A stretch of DNA of 64,000 nt. It comes from a virus. Taxonomy: Duplodnaviria; Caudoviricetes. Every line of letters starts with the position of its first letter. The first letter of the stretch is position 1. Location: the IMG/VR virus record IMGVR_UViG_3300037183_000082, positions 1 through 64,000 of that record, one strand, 5' to 3'. Position numbers and translations under genes: made by a program. This document shows positions 18,546 to 27,083 of this stretch, in pieces. The notes below the pieces were generated by a model that was not told the origin of the DNA, did not search any database, and saw nothing but the letters and a program-made list of their open reading frames with translations.

Positions 18546-19046
18546 ATGACTGTGTGGATATGGGTGGGGGCGCTTGTGGGCTTACTCGCAGTATTTGGGC
18601 TCGCGGTCCGACTCGTGACGAAGCCGCGCTCGCTCGCGTTGCCGCCGCCAAAGACGCGCAGCTGCCAGAAGTGTGTGCACTGGGATCACGAAGAGGGACA
18701 GCGCGCACTGCGCAGAAATCCCGCGTTTTGGCAGGCCGCGCAGACGCTCTCTGCAAACAAGATGTCGCGCGGTGGTGTCGATGCTGAGGGTGTTCCGAAG
18801 CGCGGCCCTTCGCTCCCGCAAGTCGAGGATCGCTGGGAGTACATGGGTGCGTGTCTGAAGCGTGATGAGGTCCGCCATCGCACAGACACTTGCCCCAACT
18901 TTCGGTCGCCGCTCACCGCGAAGTTGTTCGGCACAAGCGACGCGATCGTGCCGCCGCCGAGTCCGCTTGCAGACGCGCTGGAGCCTAGCGAGCGCGAGGG
19001 CACGCAGTACGTCAGCACCGAGGACAAGCGCGGAGACGCGCCGTGA
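18546..19046 (+). CDS. N-terminal TM protein with Cys-rich domain
   Basis: TM helix, then CxxCxxW ... C ... C; GAGGGGG RBS. Confidence 0.65.
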   Translation: MTVWIWVGALVGLLAVFGLAVRLVTKPRSLALPPPKTRSCQKCVHWDHEEGQRALRRNPAFWQAAQTLSANKMSRGGVDAEGVPKRGPSLPQVEDRWEYMGACLKRDEVRHRTDTCPNFRSPLTAKLFGTSDAIVPPPSPLADALEPSEREGTQYVSTEDKRGDAP

Positions 19047-19531
19047 ACCCGCACAATCCCTGGACAGAATGGCGCAAAAACCCGCGTTTGCGTGCGATCG
19101 CGTCGGCTGCAATGGCCAAGGTCACAGCGAAGCTCGCCGGCACTGAGAAGTCGATCGAGCAGCTGCAAGCCGAGGACGCGAACACGCAGGTTGTGCGTGG
19201 TGGTGTTCCTGTCGTGTGGAGCGATCCGAGCGGTCGGCGCCTTCGCGGCAAGGGCGCATCGATCGTCACGCCCGACGGCAAACAGGTGTCGAACTTCGCT
19301 GTGCCGCCTAACGCGACGTGCGCCGAGTGTGCGCACTTCAACATCACAGAGGGTCGCAAAGAGATCGTTCGGCAGAAGTTCGCCGAGCGCCTTGTGCTCG
19401 AAGAAGAATGGGCGTTGCGCCACCTTGGGGGTTCGATCGACCACATGGGGCTGTGCGGGCGGGCGAATGGCGATCTCGCCACGCTCACGATGAGCCCCGC
19501 TTGTGACGGCTTCAAACCGCGGGGCAAGTGA
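19043..19531 (+). CDS. Cys-rich hypothetical protein, probable paralog of 18546..19046
   Basis: CAECAHF...GLC...CDGFKP mirrors CQKCVHW...GAC...CPNFRS. Confidence 0.65.
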   Translation: MNPHNPWTEWRKNPRLRAIASAAMAKVTAKLAGTEKSIEQLQAEDANTQVVRGGVPVVWSDPSGRRLRGKGASIVTPDGKQVSNFAVPPNATCAECAHFNITEGRKEIVRQKFAERLVLEEEWALRHLGGSIDHMGLCGRANGDLATLTMSPACDGFKPRGK

Positions 19532-19532
19532 G

Positions 19533-19769
19533 ATGGGCATCCTCGACGCCATGATCGATCTCAAGATCATCGCTGCTGCGACGACGTTTACGCGCCTTGT
19601 GCGCGAGCAGCTCGACCAGGCCGGCACCGACAAGACTGTGCGCGGGCAGATCGCCGTCGTCTTTGACAACGCCCTTGCGCGCTACGCCGAGGTCTCTGCC
19701 GATCAACCTACTGTCCAGCGGGTGATCCCGCGTATTCGCGTGGAGGTGCGCCGATGTCTGACAGCGTGA
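19533..19769 (+). CDS. hypothetical protein
   Basis: ORF in a coupled operon. Confidence 0.55.
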   Translation: MGILDAMIDLKIIAAATTFTRLVREQLDQAGTDKTVRGQIAVVFDNALARYAEVSADQPTVQRVIPRIRVEVRRCLTA

Positions 19770-20092
19770 TCGTTCCGAAACAACACCTTGTGCTCATCGA
19801 GCAGCTCGGGCTCCCAATCGCGCCCATCGTGTGCGACTTCGAGACGCGCGAGGAAGCTGAGGCTGCCGCGCGTGCGTGGGCGGATGCGGGTCGCGTCGAG
19901 CATCGCGGGCACGGCATGGCGCCGCGCTCCGAACCCATCCTGCAGCTCGTCGCGCTGAAAGCACCCTTTCGCGCGCTCGTCATGTCGCGCACCGAGCACG
20001 CGTCGCAGGTGCGTGAGCTGCAAATCAATCAAATGCGCGCACACCAAGCTGCGTCGCTTGGCAACGTCCCTCCGACCCCGATTCGCCGATGA
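19754..20092 (+). CDS. hypothetical protein
   Basis: ORF in a coupled operon; GGAGG RBS. Confidence 0.6.
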   Translation: MSDSVIVPKQHLVLIEQLGLPIAPIVCDFETREEAEAAARAWADAGRVEHRGHGMAPRSEPILQLVALKAPFRALVMSRTEHASQVRELQINQMRAHQAASLGNVPPTPIRR

Positions 20093-20436
20093 TCGCACTC
20101 ATTCAATGGGCGCTCGTGGTGCTCGGCGTGATCTACTTTGTCACCGAATCGGTGATCTTCGGGCCCGTGCGCGTGACCCTCACACGCGGCTCCGTTTTCC
20201 GTAGCACGCTGCTTTACTGCCCAGCCTGTATGGGCTTCTGGGTGGGCGTCGCGTCGGGCTTTTTGCAGCCGGCGCTCTGGCAAAACCCTGTGCAGAGCGG
20301 TCTCGCTGCGATGGCGCTCGGCCGCATTTGGGCGCTCTGCGGTGGTGGCGGCAACACGTTCGCGACCGAGCTGCACATGCTTCACATCGACACCGAGGAA
20401 ACCCATGACACGCAGAAAGAGGCGCAAGATGTCTGA
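20089..20436 (+). CDS. membrane protein with CxxC (DUF1360-like)
   Basis: TM helices and an LLYCPACMGFWVG motif. Confidence 0.65.
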   Translation: MIALIQWALVVLGVIYFVTESVIFGPVRVTLTRGSVFRSTLLYCPACMGFWVGVASGFLQPALWQNPVQSGLAAMALGRIWALCGGGGNTFATELHMLHIDTEETHDTQKEAQDV

Positions 20437-22195
20437 GCCACGTCCGAAGGTCGCAACGCACGAAGGTGTTCCGCACGCACAGATTCAGGACGCGCAGACC
20501 AAGTGGGAGCACGTCGTGGTTCGCATGCACCGCCGCGTTGCAGGCGGGAAGCTCGCCGCGCTCGGCAACAAGCAAATGACGCTCGGTGAACTGAGCGACA
20601 TCGAAAACTACGTCAGGGAGTGTGCGGGCGGCGGCATTTTTCGGATCGAACCGCGCAACCCGCAGGATCTGCTTTCGTACGCAGACCCGATCCCGCCCTT
20701 CACCATCGAGATTGATGGGCCGCCCAAGCCCTCCAACGCGTTCGAGCACACCGGCAGTCAGATGCCGTTCGCGGGGGGCATCGCGCGCATGTCGAACCCG
20801 AGCGGTATGCACATCCCGCCCGAAGCGCTCGCGCAGATCCCATCCTGGGTGCGACCCGAGCATCGCGCCGCGTGGCTTGCGGCATCAGACCCTGTCGGTG
20901 TCGCCGCCGCGAACGGTTTGCCGATGCCTGCGTATGACCCGCACATGCCGCGCGCGGCAGCCCCGGCCGCCGCGTTCTCCTCCGATCAGCTCGCCGTCAA
21001 ACAGCTCGACGAGCTGCGTGCCGAGGTCGCAGCCGACCGTGCTCGCGCTGCGCAACGCGAGAAGGCTCTCACCGAGGAGCTGGAGCGTTCGCGCAAGGAC
21101 ATCGAGAAGCACAAGGACGAGGAGCGCAGCCTCCGCGAGAAGGGCGAGCGTGAAGTCCTCAAGCTGCAGCTCGAATCGCTGCGCGCGGAGCTGCAGGTGA
21201 TTCGCGCGACACCACCGCCAGCTCCGCCCCCTGCGCGACCGGCGATTCCTGTGGAAGCGTGGATCGGCCTGGTCGGCGCGCTCGCACCCGTGCTCACAGC
21301 TGTCGTGACGAGCGGCTCGACGCGACAGGCATCCATGGCCGAGCAGCAGGCCAAGGTCGCCGAGCTGCAGATGGCAGGTCTGAGCACGGTGCTCGGTGCC
21401 GCCAACAACAAGAAATCCGACCTCTCAGGACTCGCCGAGACGCTGCTCAAAGTCGCGCCGCTCGCGGTCCCGCTGTTCACCGAGTTTTTCAAGAACAAGA
21501 GCCCCGCTGCGCAGGCCAACCTGTTCAGCACGCTCATGGAAAACAACCTGACGACGCTGAGCACGATGGGCAGCTTCCTGCAGAGCATGCTCGAAATGCA
21601 GGGCGGCGACCCGTGGTGGAGGCCGATGGTTGAAAACGGCATCCAAGGTGTCGTCGCTGCCGCGCAGCAATACTCAGAGATGGCCGTGAAGCAGAACGGC
21701 GGGACTGTCGCGAACGAGCAGGCCAAGCCACCCGCACGTCAGGCGAGCCCCGGCACGACTATGGCCACCATGATCGTAAACAACCCGCAGTTCCCAAAGG
21801 AGCTGAAAAACGGCGCGTGGGTCGAGGTCATCGCAGCGCTGCATGACAAGGCCCCGCCGCCCAACGTCGCCGAGTTTGTGACCGAGGAGCTGGTCGCCAT
21901 GCGCGACAAGAACGCGCTACCCGAGATCTTCGCGCAGGTGTTCGAGATGCCAGAGCAAGCTGTTGCGCAGCTCATCGCATTTCTACCCATCTACAAGGCC
22001 GATCGTCCCTACGCCGATGCTGTGATCCAAGCCATCGGCCAGGCCGTGCGCGCCACGACCGTGGTCGAAACGAAGGGTGAACCTGCCGGCGACGATGACG
22101 ACGGCGACGATGACGAGCCTGCAGCGCGCCCGCCGGCTGTGCCTTTCAACCTCAACGCAGCACGTGGCAATGCGCGTGTCCCGGTGCCGGCGTGA
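20429..22195 (+). CDS. large hypothetical protein with coiled coil
   Basis: 588 aa; central E/K/R coiled coil, amphipathic helices, acidic tail. Confidence 0.75.
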   Translation: MSEPRPKVATHEGVPHAQIQDAQTKWEHVVVRMHRRVAGGKLAALGNKQMTLGELSDIENYVRECAGGGIFRIEPRNPQDLLSYADPIPPFTIEIDGPPKPSNAFEHTGSQMPFAGGIARMSNPSGMHIPPEALAQIPSWVRPEHRAAWLAASDPVGVAAANGLPMPAYDPHMPRAAAPAAAFSSDQLAVKQLDELRAEVAADRARAAQREKALTEELERSRKDIEKHKDEERSLREKGEREVLKLQLESLRAELQVIRATPPPAPPPARPAIPVEAWIGLVGALAPVLTAVVTSGSTRQASMAEQQAKVAELQMAGLSTVLGAANNKKSDLSGLAETLLKVAPLAVPLFTEFFKNKSPAAQANLFSTLMENNLTTLSTMGSFLQSMLEMQGGDPWWRPMVENGIQGVVAAAQQYSEMAVKQNGGTVANEQAKPPARQASPGTTMATMIVNNPQFPKELKNGAWVEVIAALHDKAPPPNVAEFVTEELVAMRDKNALPEIFAQVFEMPEQAVAQLIAFLPIYKADRPYADAVIQAIGQAVRATTVVETKGEPAGDDDDGDDDEPAARPPAVPFNLNAARGNARVPVPA

Positions 22196-22476
22196 ACAGC
22201 AAAGAGCGCATTCTCGCTGCGCTACAGGCGTTGCCTGACGACTGGACAGGCACGCCAACGCCGCGGCGTTTCCTCGAAGCGCGCCTTGCGCTCGATGCGC
22301 TCTCGCCAGAGGAGTTGACTCGTGTCGCGCGTTTCATGCTCGCGAGTGTCTGTGCTGGTGCGCAGATGGCGCAAGGTGAAGGGGTGTCGGTTTCGATGGA
22401 TGCCGTGCTTGGGTTCGTGCTCACGGAATCCGCCGCGATGGAGCGCAACATGCTCCGACTCGTTCCTGATCTGTGA
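22192..22476 (+). CDS. hypothetical protein
   Basis: GTGA-coupled ORF. Confidence 0.55.
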   Translation: MNSKERILAALQALPDDWTGTPTPRRFLEARLALDALSPEELTRVARFMLASVCAGAQMAQGEGVSVSMDAVLGFVLTESAAMERNMLRLVPDL

Positions 22477-22650
22477 TCGCGCGCGTACTCGCGCCAACAT
22501 GCGATGCAACCAGCAATCTTACTGTTTGACTCAGAGTAACCACGCGATCGACTTACCTAGGTTTATGCAAAACACCTTGCGTGTGAAAGCGCATGGCGCT
22601 GCAGAAAACGTCTTGCACGACTGTGGTGTGACGAACTAGTTTCGGCCTCG

Positions 22651-22748
22651 TTCGACAGGTTTGATTCTGTCTGCACCCGGGGGGGCCGCAGACAGGAGAA
22701 AGCTGCAGCGGCCGGGGGGTCTGGCTGTTGCGCTGTAAGCCTGTCGAA
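22651..22748 (+). ncRNA. candidate three-way-junction structured RNA
   Basis: P1 TTCGACAGGTTT/AAGCCTGTCGAA, P2 CTGTCTGC/GCAGACAG, P3 GCAGCGGCC/GGCTGTTGC in an intergenic gap; strand inferred from G-U pairs. Confidence 0.5.
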
Positions 22749-22767
22749 TACCCAATAGGGGCTGTGA

Positions 22768-24435
22768 ATGACATCGCTGCGTTACCGTCTCGCGTCCAGC
22801 GCACGCTGGGCCTCGCTTATTTGGAGCGAGGAGCGGGGCCACTCCCAAGAGTTTCTTTTGGCGTGCGCAGCGGCACTTCCCATCCCCGGGGTGCGTGAGC
22901 ACCCAAAGGCGATCGATGTTCCCGTAACGGCTTTCATGCTGCCGGAAGTACATCGGTTGTTTGCGGCAGCTCGGGTCGACATCCCTACCCCACGTTCGGA
23001 TGTCGACCCGGGCAAGCTGTGGTCACCACAGCAAAAGCCCTTTGATCACCAAGTGGAAGGTGCGCGCTTCATCGTGAACGCGGGCTCTGCACTTGTCTGC
23101 GACGAAATGGGAGTCGGTAAGACTCGCACTGCGATTCAGGCTGCGCAGTCTGCTCGACTTAGCTGGGGCGGACCTGCTGTCATTGTTGCACCCAAGTTCA
23201 CCCGCGCGACTTGGTTGCGCGAGCTGCTCGCGACAGGCGCCATCGAAAACCCCACCCAGTTCTGCGCGCTCGAATCGCGCGACCTCGGAGATAGCTCGTT
23301 TCGCGCCGGCTGCCACTACTACTTCGTGCACTACGACGTCGTTTCGACGTGGTGGACACGCCTGCAGTCGTCTGAGCGCCCGACGGTGACCATCGTCGAT
23401 GAGGCGCACTGGATCAAGAACGGCCGGGCCAAGCGATCCAAGGGCGCAGATCTCGCAACTGCCGGCACTCACATGCGGATTTTGCTCACGGGCACGCCGC
23501 TCGTGAACAGCCCTGCAGACCTCTGGTACCCGCTTCAATGCGTCACAGGAGCATCCACTTGGGGCAGTCCGCTCGACTTCAGGGTTCGCTACAACGGTGC
23601 GATACGTACGTCGTATGGTCATAAGGACCTAGGGCCAACCTACACGAACGAGCTGCGTCTGCGCATGGCGCCTTGGTACCTGCGCCGCACGACTGAACAG
23701 GCCGGCCTGCAGCTCCCTGCGCTCACGCGCACCGCAGTCGAGTGTGAGATGTCGCGCGCGCTTGCTCGCGAGCACAGCGGCATTCTCGGCAAGGTCGATC
23801 CGGCAGCCATCGTCACCGCGATCTTGGAAAACCGGATGGGGACCGAGACGCTCAAGATGCTCAATCGGCTGCGCCAGATCACGTCCGCGGCCAAGCTCGG
23901 CGACACCGCCGAGTACGTGAGCAACATCCTCGACCAGGGCGACGCCGCGGTGGTGTTCGTCTGGCAGCCCGAAACCGCCCGCAAGCTTCGCGCGCGCATG
24001 GCCGAGCCTGACGCGCACGCTGAAATCACAGGTGACCAGGACCAAGGCACGCGCGACGCGTTGATCGCAGCGTTCCAGGCCGGCGCGGGGCCCGCCGCTC
24101 TGTTCTGCACCTACGGCACCGTGCGCGAGGGTGTGACGCTGCATCGCGCGCGCCATGTTGTGCACCACGACCTCGACTGGACAGCCGTCACCATCCAGCA
24201 GGCTGAAAAGCGCATTCACCGCATCGGCCAGAACCGCGCTTGCACAGCCACTTGGATGGTCGCGCGCAACTCGATGGACACCATTTTCGCGGAGGTTCTG
24301 CGCGCCAAGCTCGACGCCGCACAGCAGGTGTTCGGCGACGCGAACCCCTTCGAGGCATCTCTCGACACGATTTCGGTCGGCATGTCCCTGCAGGACAAGA
24401 TGCGCGCCGCGATCGAGGAATGGCGGGCGTGGTGA
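22768..24435 (+). CDS. SNF2-family (SF2) helicase
   Basis: DEMGVGKT (I), DEAH (II), LTGTP (III), REGVTL (V), QAEKRIHRIGQ (VI). Confidence 0.92.
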   Translation: MTSLRYRLASSARWASLIWSEERGHSQEFLLACAAALPIPGVREHPKAIDVPVTAFMLPEVHRLFAAARVDIPTPRSDVDPGKLWSPQQKPFDHQVEGARFIVNAGSALVCDEMGVGKTRTAIQAAQSARLSWGGPAVIVAPKFTRATWLRELLATGAIENPTQFCALESRDLGDSSFRAGCHYYFVHYDVVSTWWTRLQSSERPTVTIVDEAHWIKNGRAKRSKGADLATAGTHMRILLTGTPLVNSPADLWYPLQCVTGASTWGSPLDFRVRYNGAIRTSYGHKDLGPTYTNELRLRMAPWYLRRTTEQAGLQLPALTRTAVECEMSRALAREHSGILGKVDPAAIVTAILENRMGTETLKMLNRLRQITSAAKLGDTAEYVSNILDQGDAAVVFVWQPETARKLRARMAEPDAHAEITGDQDQGTRDALIAAFQAGAGPAALFCTYGTVREGVTLHRARHVVHHDLDWTAVTIQQAEKRIHRIGQNRACTATWMVARNSMDTIFAEVLRAKLDAAQQVFGDANPFEASLDTISVGMSLQDKMRAAIEEWRAW

Positions 24436-25451
24436 TCCTCGACATCCTATACGACCCGATGCCCGCTGCGAAGCGCCCGACCGAGCGGCGTGCGCTAGGC
24501 GAGGTCGGCATTCCGAACGAGGGGGCCTCGCCCACGGGCAGCTCGTTCTACAAGACGTTGCTCGCGTGCCCGCGGGAGTTTGCGCTCGCGCACGTCGAGG
24601 GCATCCGGCCTGTGATCGAGCGCGACGAGCTGTCGATCGGGATCATCTTCCACCACGCGCTCATGGTGTACTACCGCGCGATCTACGAGCACCAACAGCG
24701 GTGCAAACCGGCCACGCGCTGTCCTGTCGGCAATGAAAAGCTAGCGCCCGAGTGGCAGCACTTCTTCTGGGGCAACCAGCGCGAGGCTGGCCAGGCTGCG
24801 TTTGCGTCCGTGCTGCAGCTCGCAGCAGAGCCTGGCTACACGGAGATCTACGAGACCGTCGAGCGCTGCCTTGAAGCCTATTTCGAGACCTATTGGCGCA
24901 CCGACCGCTGGATTGTCGTCGCGGTCGAGGAGACGATCATTCGCAACGGGTTGCCGACGCCATGGAGCGCACGCCTCGATCTATTCATCCACGACATGAA
25001 AGACGACGGCCTGTGGATCTGCGAGCACAAGACCGCGAAGTTCATCAACGCCGACCTCATCGACAACTATGAGATGGACATTCAGATCCTCGGCCAAAAG
25101 TGGCTCGTGCAGCGTTGTGTTGATCTCACCGCGTACCCGCACTTCAAGGGCGTGCTCATCAACATCGTGAGCAAGGCGAAAACACCCAAGCTCGTGCGCA
25201 CCCAGGTAAGCCCGAGCCCCGCGCACCTGCGCGAGTTCGAGAACACGCTCGCGAGCCTTCCCGTGCAGCGCAAGGTCTATGAGCGCCTCGGTTGGCCGAA
25301 GTTCCTCGGCCACTGCTCGGGCTACGCGCGCGGCTACTCGCGGTGTCAATTCTATTCGCTTTGCCATGACTACCCGGAAGTCACGCCCGCGCAGTGGCGC
25401 GGCTTCGATTTGCCGGAGGAGTTTGAACGTAAGGAGGTTGCTGTGCCCTAG
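24432..25451 (+). CDS. PD-(D/E)XK nuclease, Cas4/RecB-like
   Basis: AVEE..ARLDL..CEHKT catalytic motifs, QILG motif, N-terminal Cys (CPRE) plus C-terminal C-x9-C-x5-C. Confidence 0.8.
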   Translation: MILDILYDPMPAAKRPTERRALGEVGIPNEGASPTGSSFYKTLLACPREFALAHVEGIRPVIERDELSIGIIFHHALMVYYRAIYEHQQRCKPATRCPVGNEKLAPEWQHFFWGNQREAGQAAFASVLQLAAEPGYTEIYETVERCLEAYFETYWRTDRWIVVAVEETIIRNGLPTPWSARLDLFIHDMKDDGLWICEHKTAKFINADLIDNYEMDIQILGQKWLVQRCVDLTAYPHFKGVLINIVSKAKTPKLVRTQVSPSPAHLREFENTLASLPVQRKVYERLGWPKFLGHCSGYARGYSRCQFYSLCHDYPEVTPAQWRGFDLPEEFERKEVAVP

Positions 25452-25501
25452 TGCTTTGTACGGCACGGTTTTGCGCCGCACGGTACTGCACCGTCAGGTA
25501 G
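25452..25501 (+). repeat. period-5 NGY-NN tract 1 (10 units), candidate guide RNA
   Basis: tgctt tgtac ggcac ggttt tgcgc cgcac ggtac tgcac cgtca ggtag; 10 of 10 fit NGY. Confidence 0.85.
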
Positions 25502-25529
25502 AAAGATGGATTCAAAAAGTTTCTGCCGC

Positions 25530-25635
25530 GGTTCTGTCAATCGTGGTTCGGTAGCGTGGGGTTCTGTGGAGTTAGTTTATGCAGCGTGATGTCTCCTAGC
25601 GTCATGTTTGGCTCGGTTCGGCTCTAGTTCGGTTC
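25530..25635 (+). repeat. period-5 NGY-NN tract 2 (21 units, one 1-nt slip), candidate guide RNA
   Basis: ggttc tgtca atcgt ggttc ggtag cgtgg ggttc tgtgg agtta gttta tgcag cgtga tgtct cctag cgtca tgttt ggctc ggttc ggctc (t) agttc ggttc; 18 of 21 NGY, 21 of 21 Y at position 3. Confidence 0.85.
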
Positions 25636-25663
25636 GACAAGACGAAGAAAAGGGTGGTTTTCA

Positions 25664-26332
25664 ATGCAAAGAACAAGAATCAGTTTCGAGGGTGTGAGTC
25701 CGCTTCTACAGAATCGGATGTCAGAGGAACAGCTCATGGCGCTCTTTACGAAAGAGCCGAGCACGCGGCGCAAGTTCGAGGCGCCCAAGGACATTCGCGA
25801 GACGGCGCGAAGCAAAGTACACATGACCGAGGCAGGACTGCCCTACGTTCCGGCAGAGATGTTCATGTCGTGCTGCATCATCGCAGGTCGCTTTATCAAA
25901 CTCGACGGCAAGCGGCAGATGTCGACAGCTAACTCGACGCTCCTGCCCGGCTTTCTCTCAGTCGAAGAGACGTTCTTCTACCTCGTGGACCCGCGACAGG
26001 GCGGCCCGGCCGAGTGGGCAACAGCTACGCAAACAGCCCCGGCGCAGCCAAAACACCCAGCTGAGTGGGAATCCGACATTCGACGTGGTGTGAGCAACAA
26101 CGCAGGTGGAAGCGCCGTTGCCATCGTACGCCCCCGCTTTGATCGCTGGGGTTTCACGGTGACGTGCATGCTCGACACCGATCAGCTCAGTGAAGCAACT
26201 TTCCGCGAGCTGTTCGATATTGCTGGCTCGCGCGTCGGGATCGGCGACTTCCGTCCGATGCGCAAAGGCATTTACGGTCGTTTCAAGGTCACAGGCTGGC
26301 AGCGCATGGACGAGCTGAAGTCCGCATCATGA
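25664..26332 (+). CDS. stand-alone RAMP / Cas7-like RNA-binding protein
   Basis: RAMP-like motifs: first strand ISFEGVSPLLQN, PYVPAE, thumb-like ..VAIVRPRF, C-terminal Gly-rich loop GSRVGIGDFRPMRKGIYGRFKV. Confidence 0.75.
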   Translation: MQRTRISFEGVSPLLQNRMSEEQLMALFTKEPSTRRKFEAPKDIRETARSKVHMTEAGLPYVPAEMFMSCCIIAGRFIKLDGKRQMSTANSTLLPGFLSVEETFFYLVDPRQGGPAEWATATQTAPAQPKHPAEWESDIRRGVSNNAGGSAVAIVRPRFDRWGFTVTCMLDTDQLSEATFRELFDIAGSRVGIGDFRPMRKGIYGRFKVTGWQRMDELKSAS

Positions 26333-27069
26333 GCAGCTTGCTCGCCAAATGTCTGAACGCGCAGACGATCAACACCGATGGGCAACTGCCCTGGCTGCAC
26401 TTCTTCGTGTATGGCGAGGGCGGAAGTGGGAAAACCACACTCTGCGCGACCTTTCCGCGTCCGCTGCTCCTCGTGCCGAAGATTGAAAACTCGGTCACGA
26501 CGCTTGCAGGACAGGACGTGCCCTACCTCTTTACGGATGGCCGGAACGCGACCCTTCGCAATGGCTGCGGCGGCCTTGAAACCATCGTGGCGATGCTTGA
26601 GAACGAGTACACCGCGAACCCTCAGGCCTTCCCGTTCGATACGATCTGTCTGGAGTCGTTCTCGCACTACATCGAGATCTTCCAAGAGGAGCTGACGCAG
26701 GGCAACAAGACGGCCATGGACCAGCGCGGCTGGGGGTTGCTCGCCACCCACGTCCGCAACATCCAGGCCCGGCTGCGCGCGCTCGAAGTGCACGTGGTGT
26801 TCACGGCGCTCGCCAAGCTTGAAACCGACGCTGCCGGCCACACGCATGGCGGCCCGATGCTCCCGGGCAAGACGGCGGCGATGCTTCCGACCGCGTGTGA
26901 CGTCGTTGCGTACTGCGAGGCCGGCACAGGCAAGGTGCCCATCTACAAGACGCACTTTCGCCGGCACAACCACTTCTTTGCGCGCACGCGCTTCAAGAGC
27001 CTGCCGGCTGCCATCGAAAACTGCACTTTCGAGAAGATGCGTCCATTCCTGGACGGATCTGCTCAGTAA
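26329..27069 (+). CDS. AAA_24 / Sak4-like recombination ATPase
   Basis: VYGEGGSGKTT Walker A, TICLESFS Walker B, WG motif, HVVFTA. Confidence 0.85.
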   Translation: MSSLLAKCLNAQTINTDGQLPWLHFFVYGEGGSGKTTLCATFPRPLLLVPKIENSVTTLAGQDVPYLFTDGRNATLRNGCGGLETIVAMLENEYTANPQAFPFDTICLESFSHYIEIFQEELTQGNKTAMDQRGWGLLATHVRNIQARLRALEVHVVFTALAKLETDAAGHTHGGPMLPGKTAAMLPTACDVVAYCEAGTGKVPIYKTHFRRHNHFFARTRFKSLPAAIENCTFEKMRPFLDGSAQ

Positions 27070-27083
27070 ATAGGGGGAAACAA

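Noticed and set aside
22651-22748. Hammerhead ribozyme
   Set aside because: It is a three-way junction containing GAAA, but the CUGAnGA core and the correct cleavage-site geometry are absent.
24432-25451. Bona fide CRISPR adaptation cas4
   Set aside because: No cas1 or cas2 is present, and the context of Sak4-like ATPase plus SSB is typical of phage recombination nucleases.
25452-25635. Canonical CRISPR array next to the Cas4-like and Cas7-like genes
   Set aside because: There are no 23-47 bp direct repeats with unique spacers here, and I saw none elsewhere in the window; the structure is a 5-nt periodicity.
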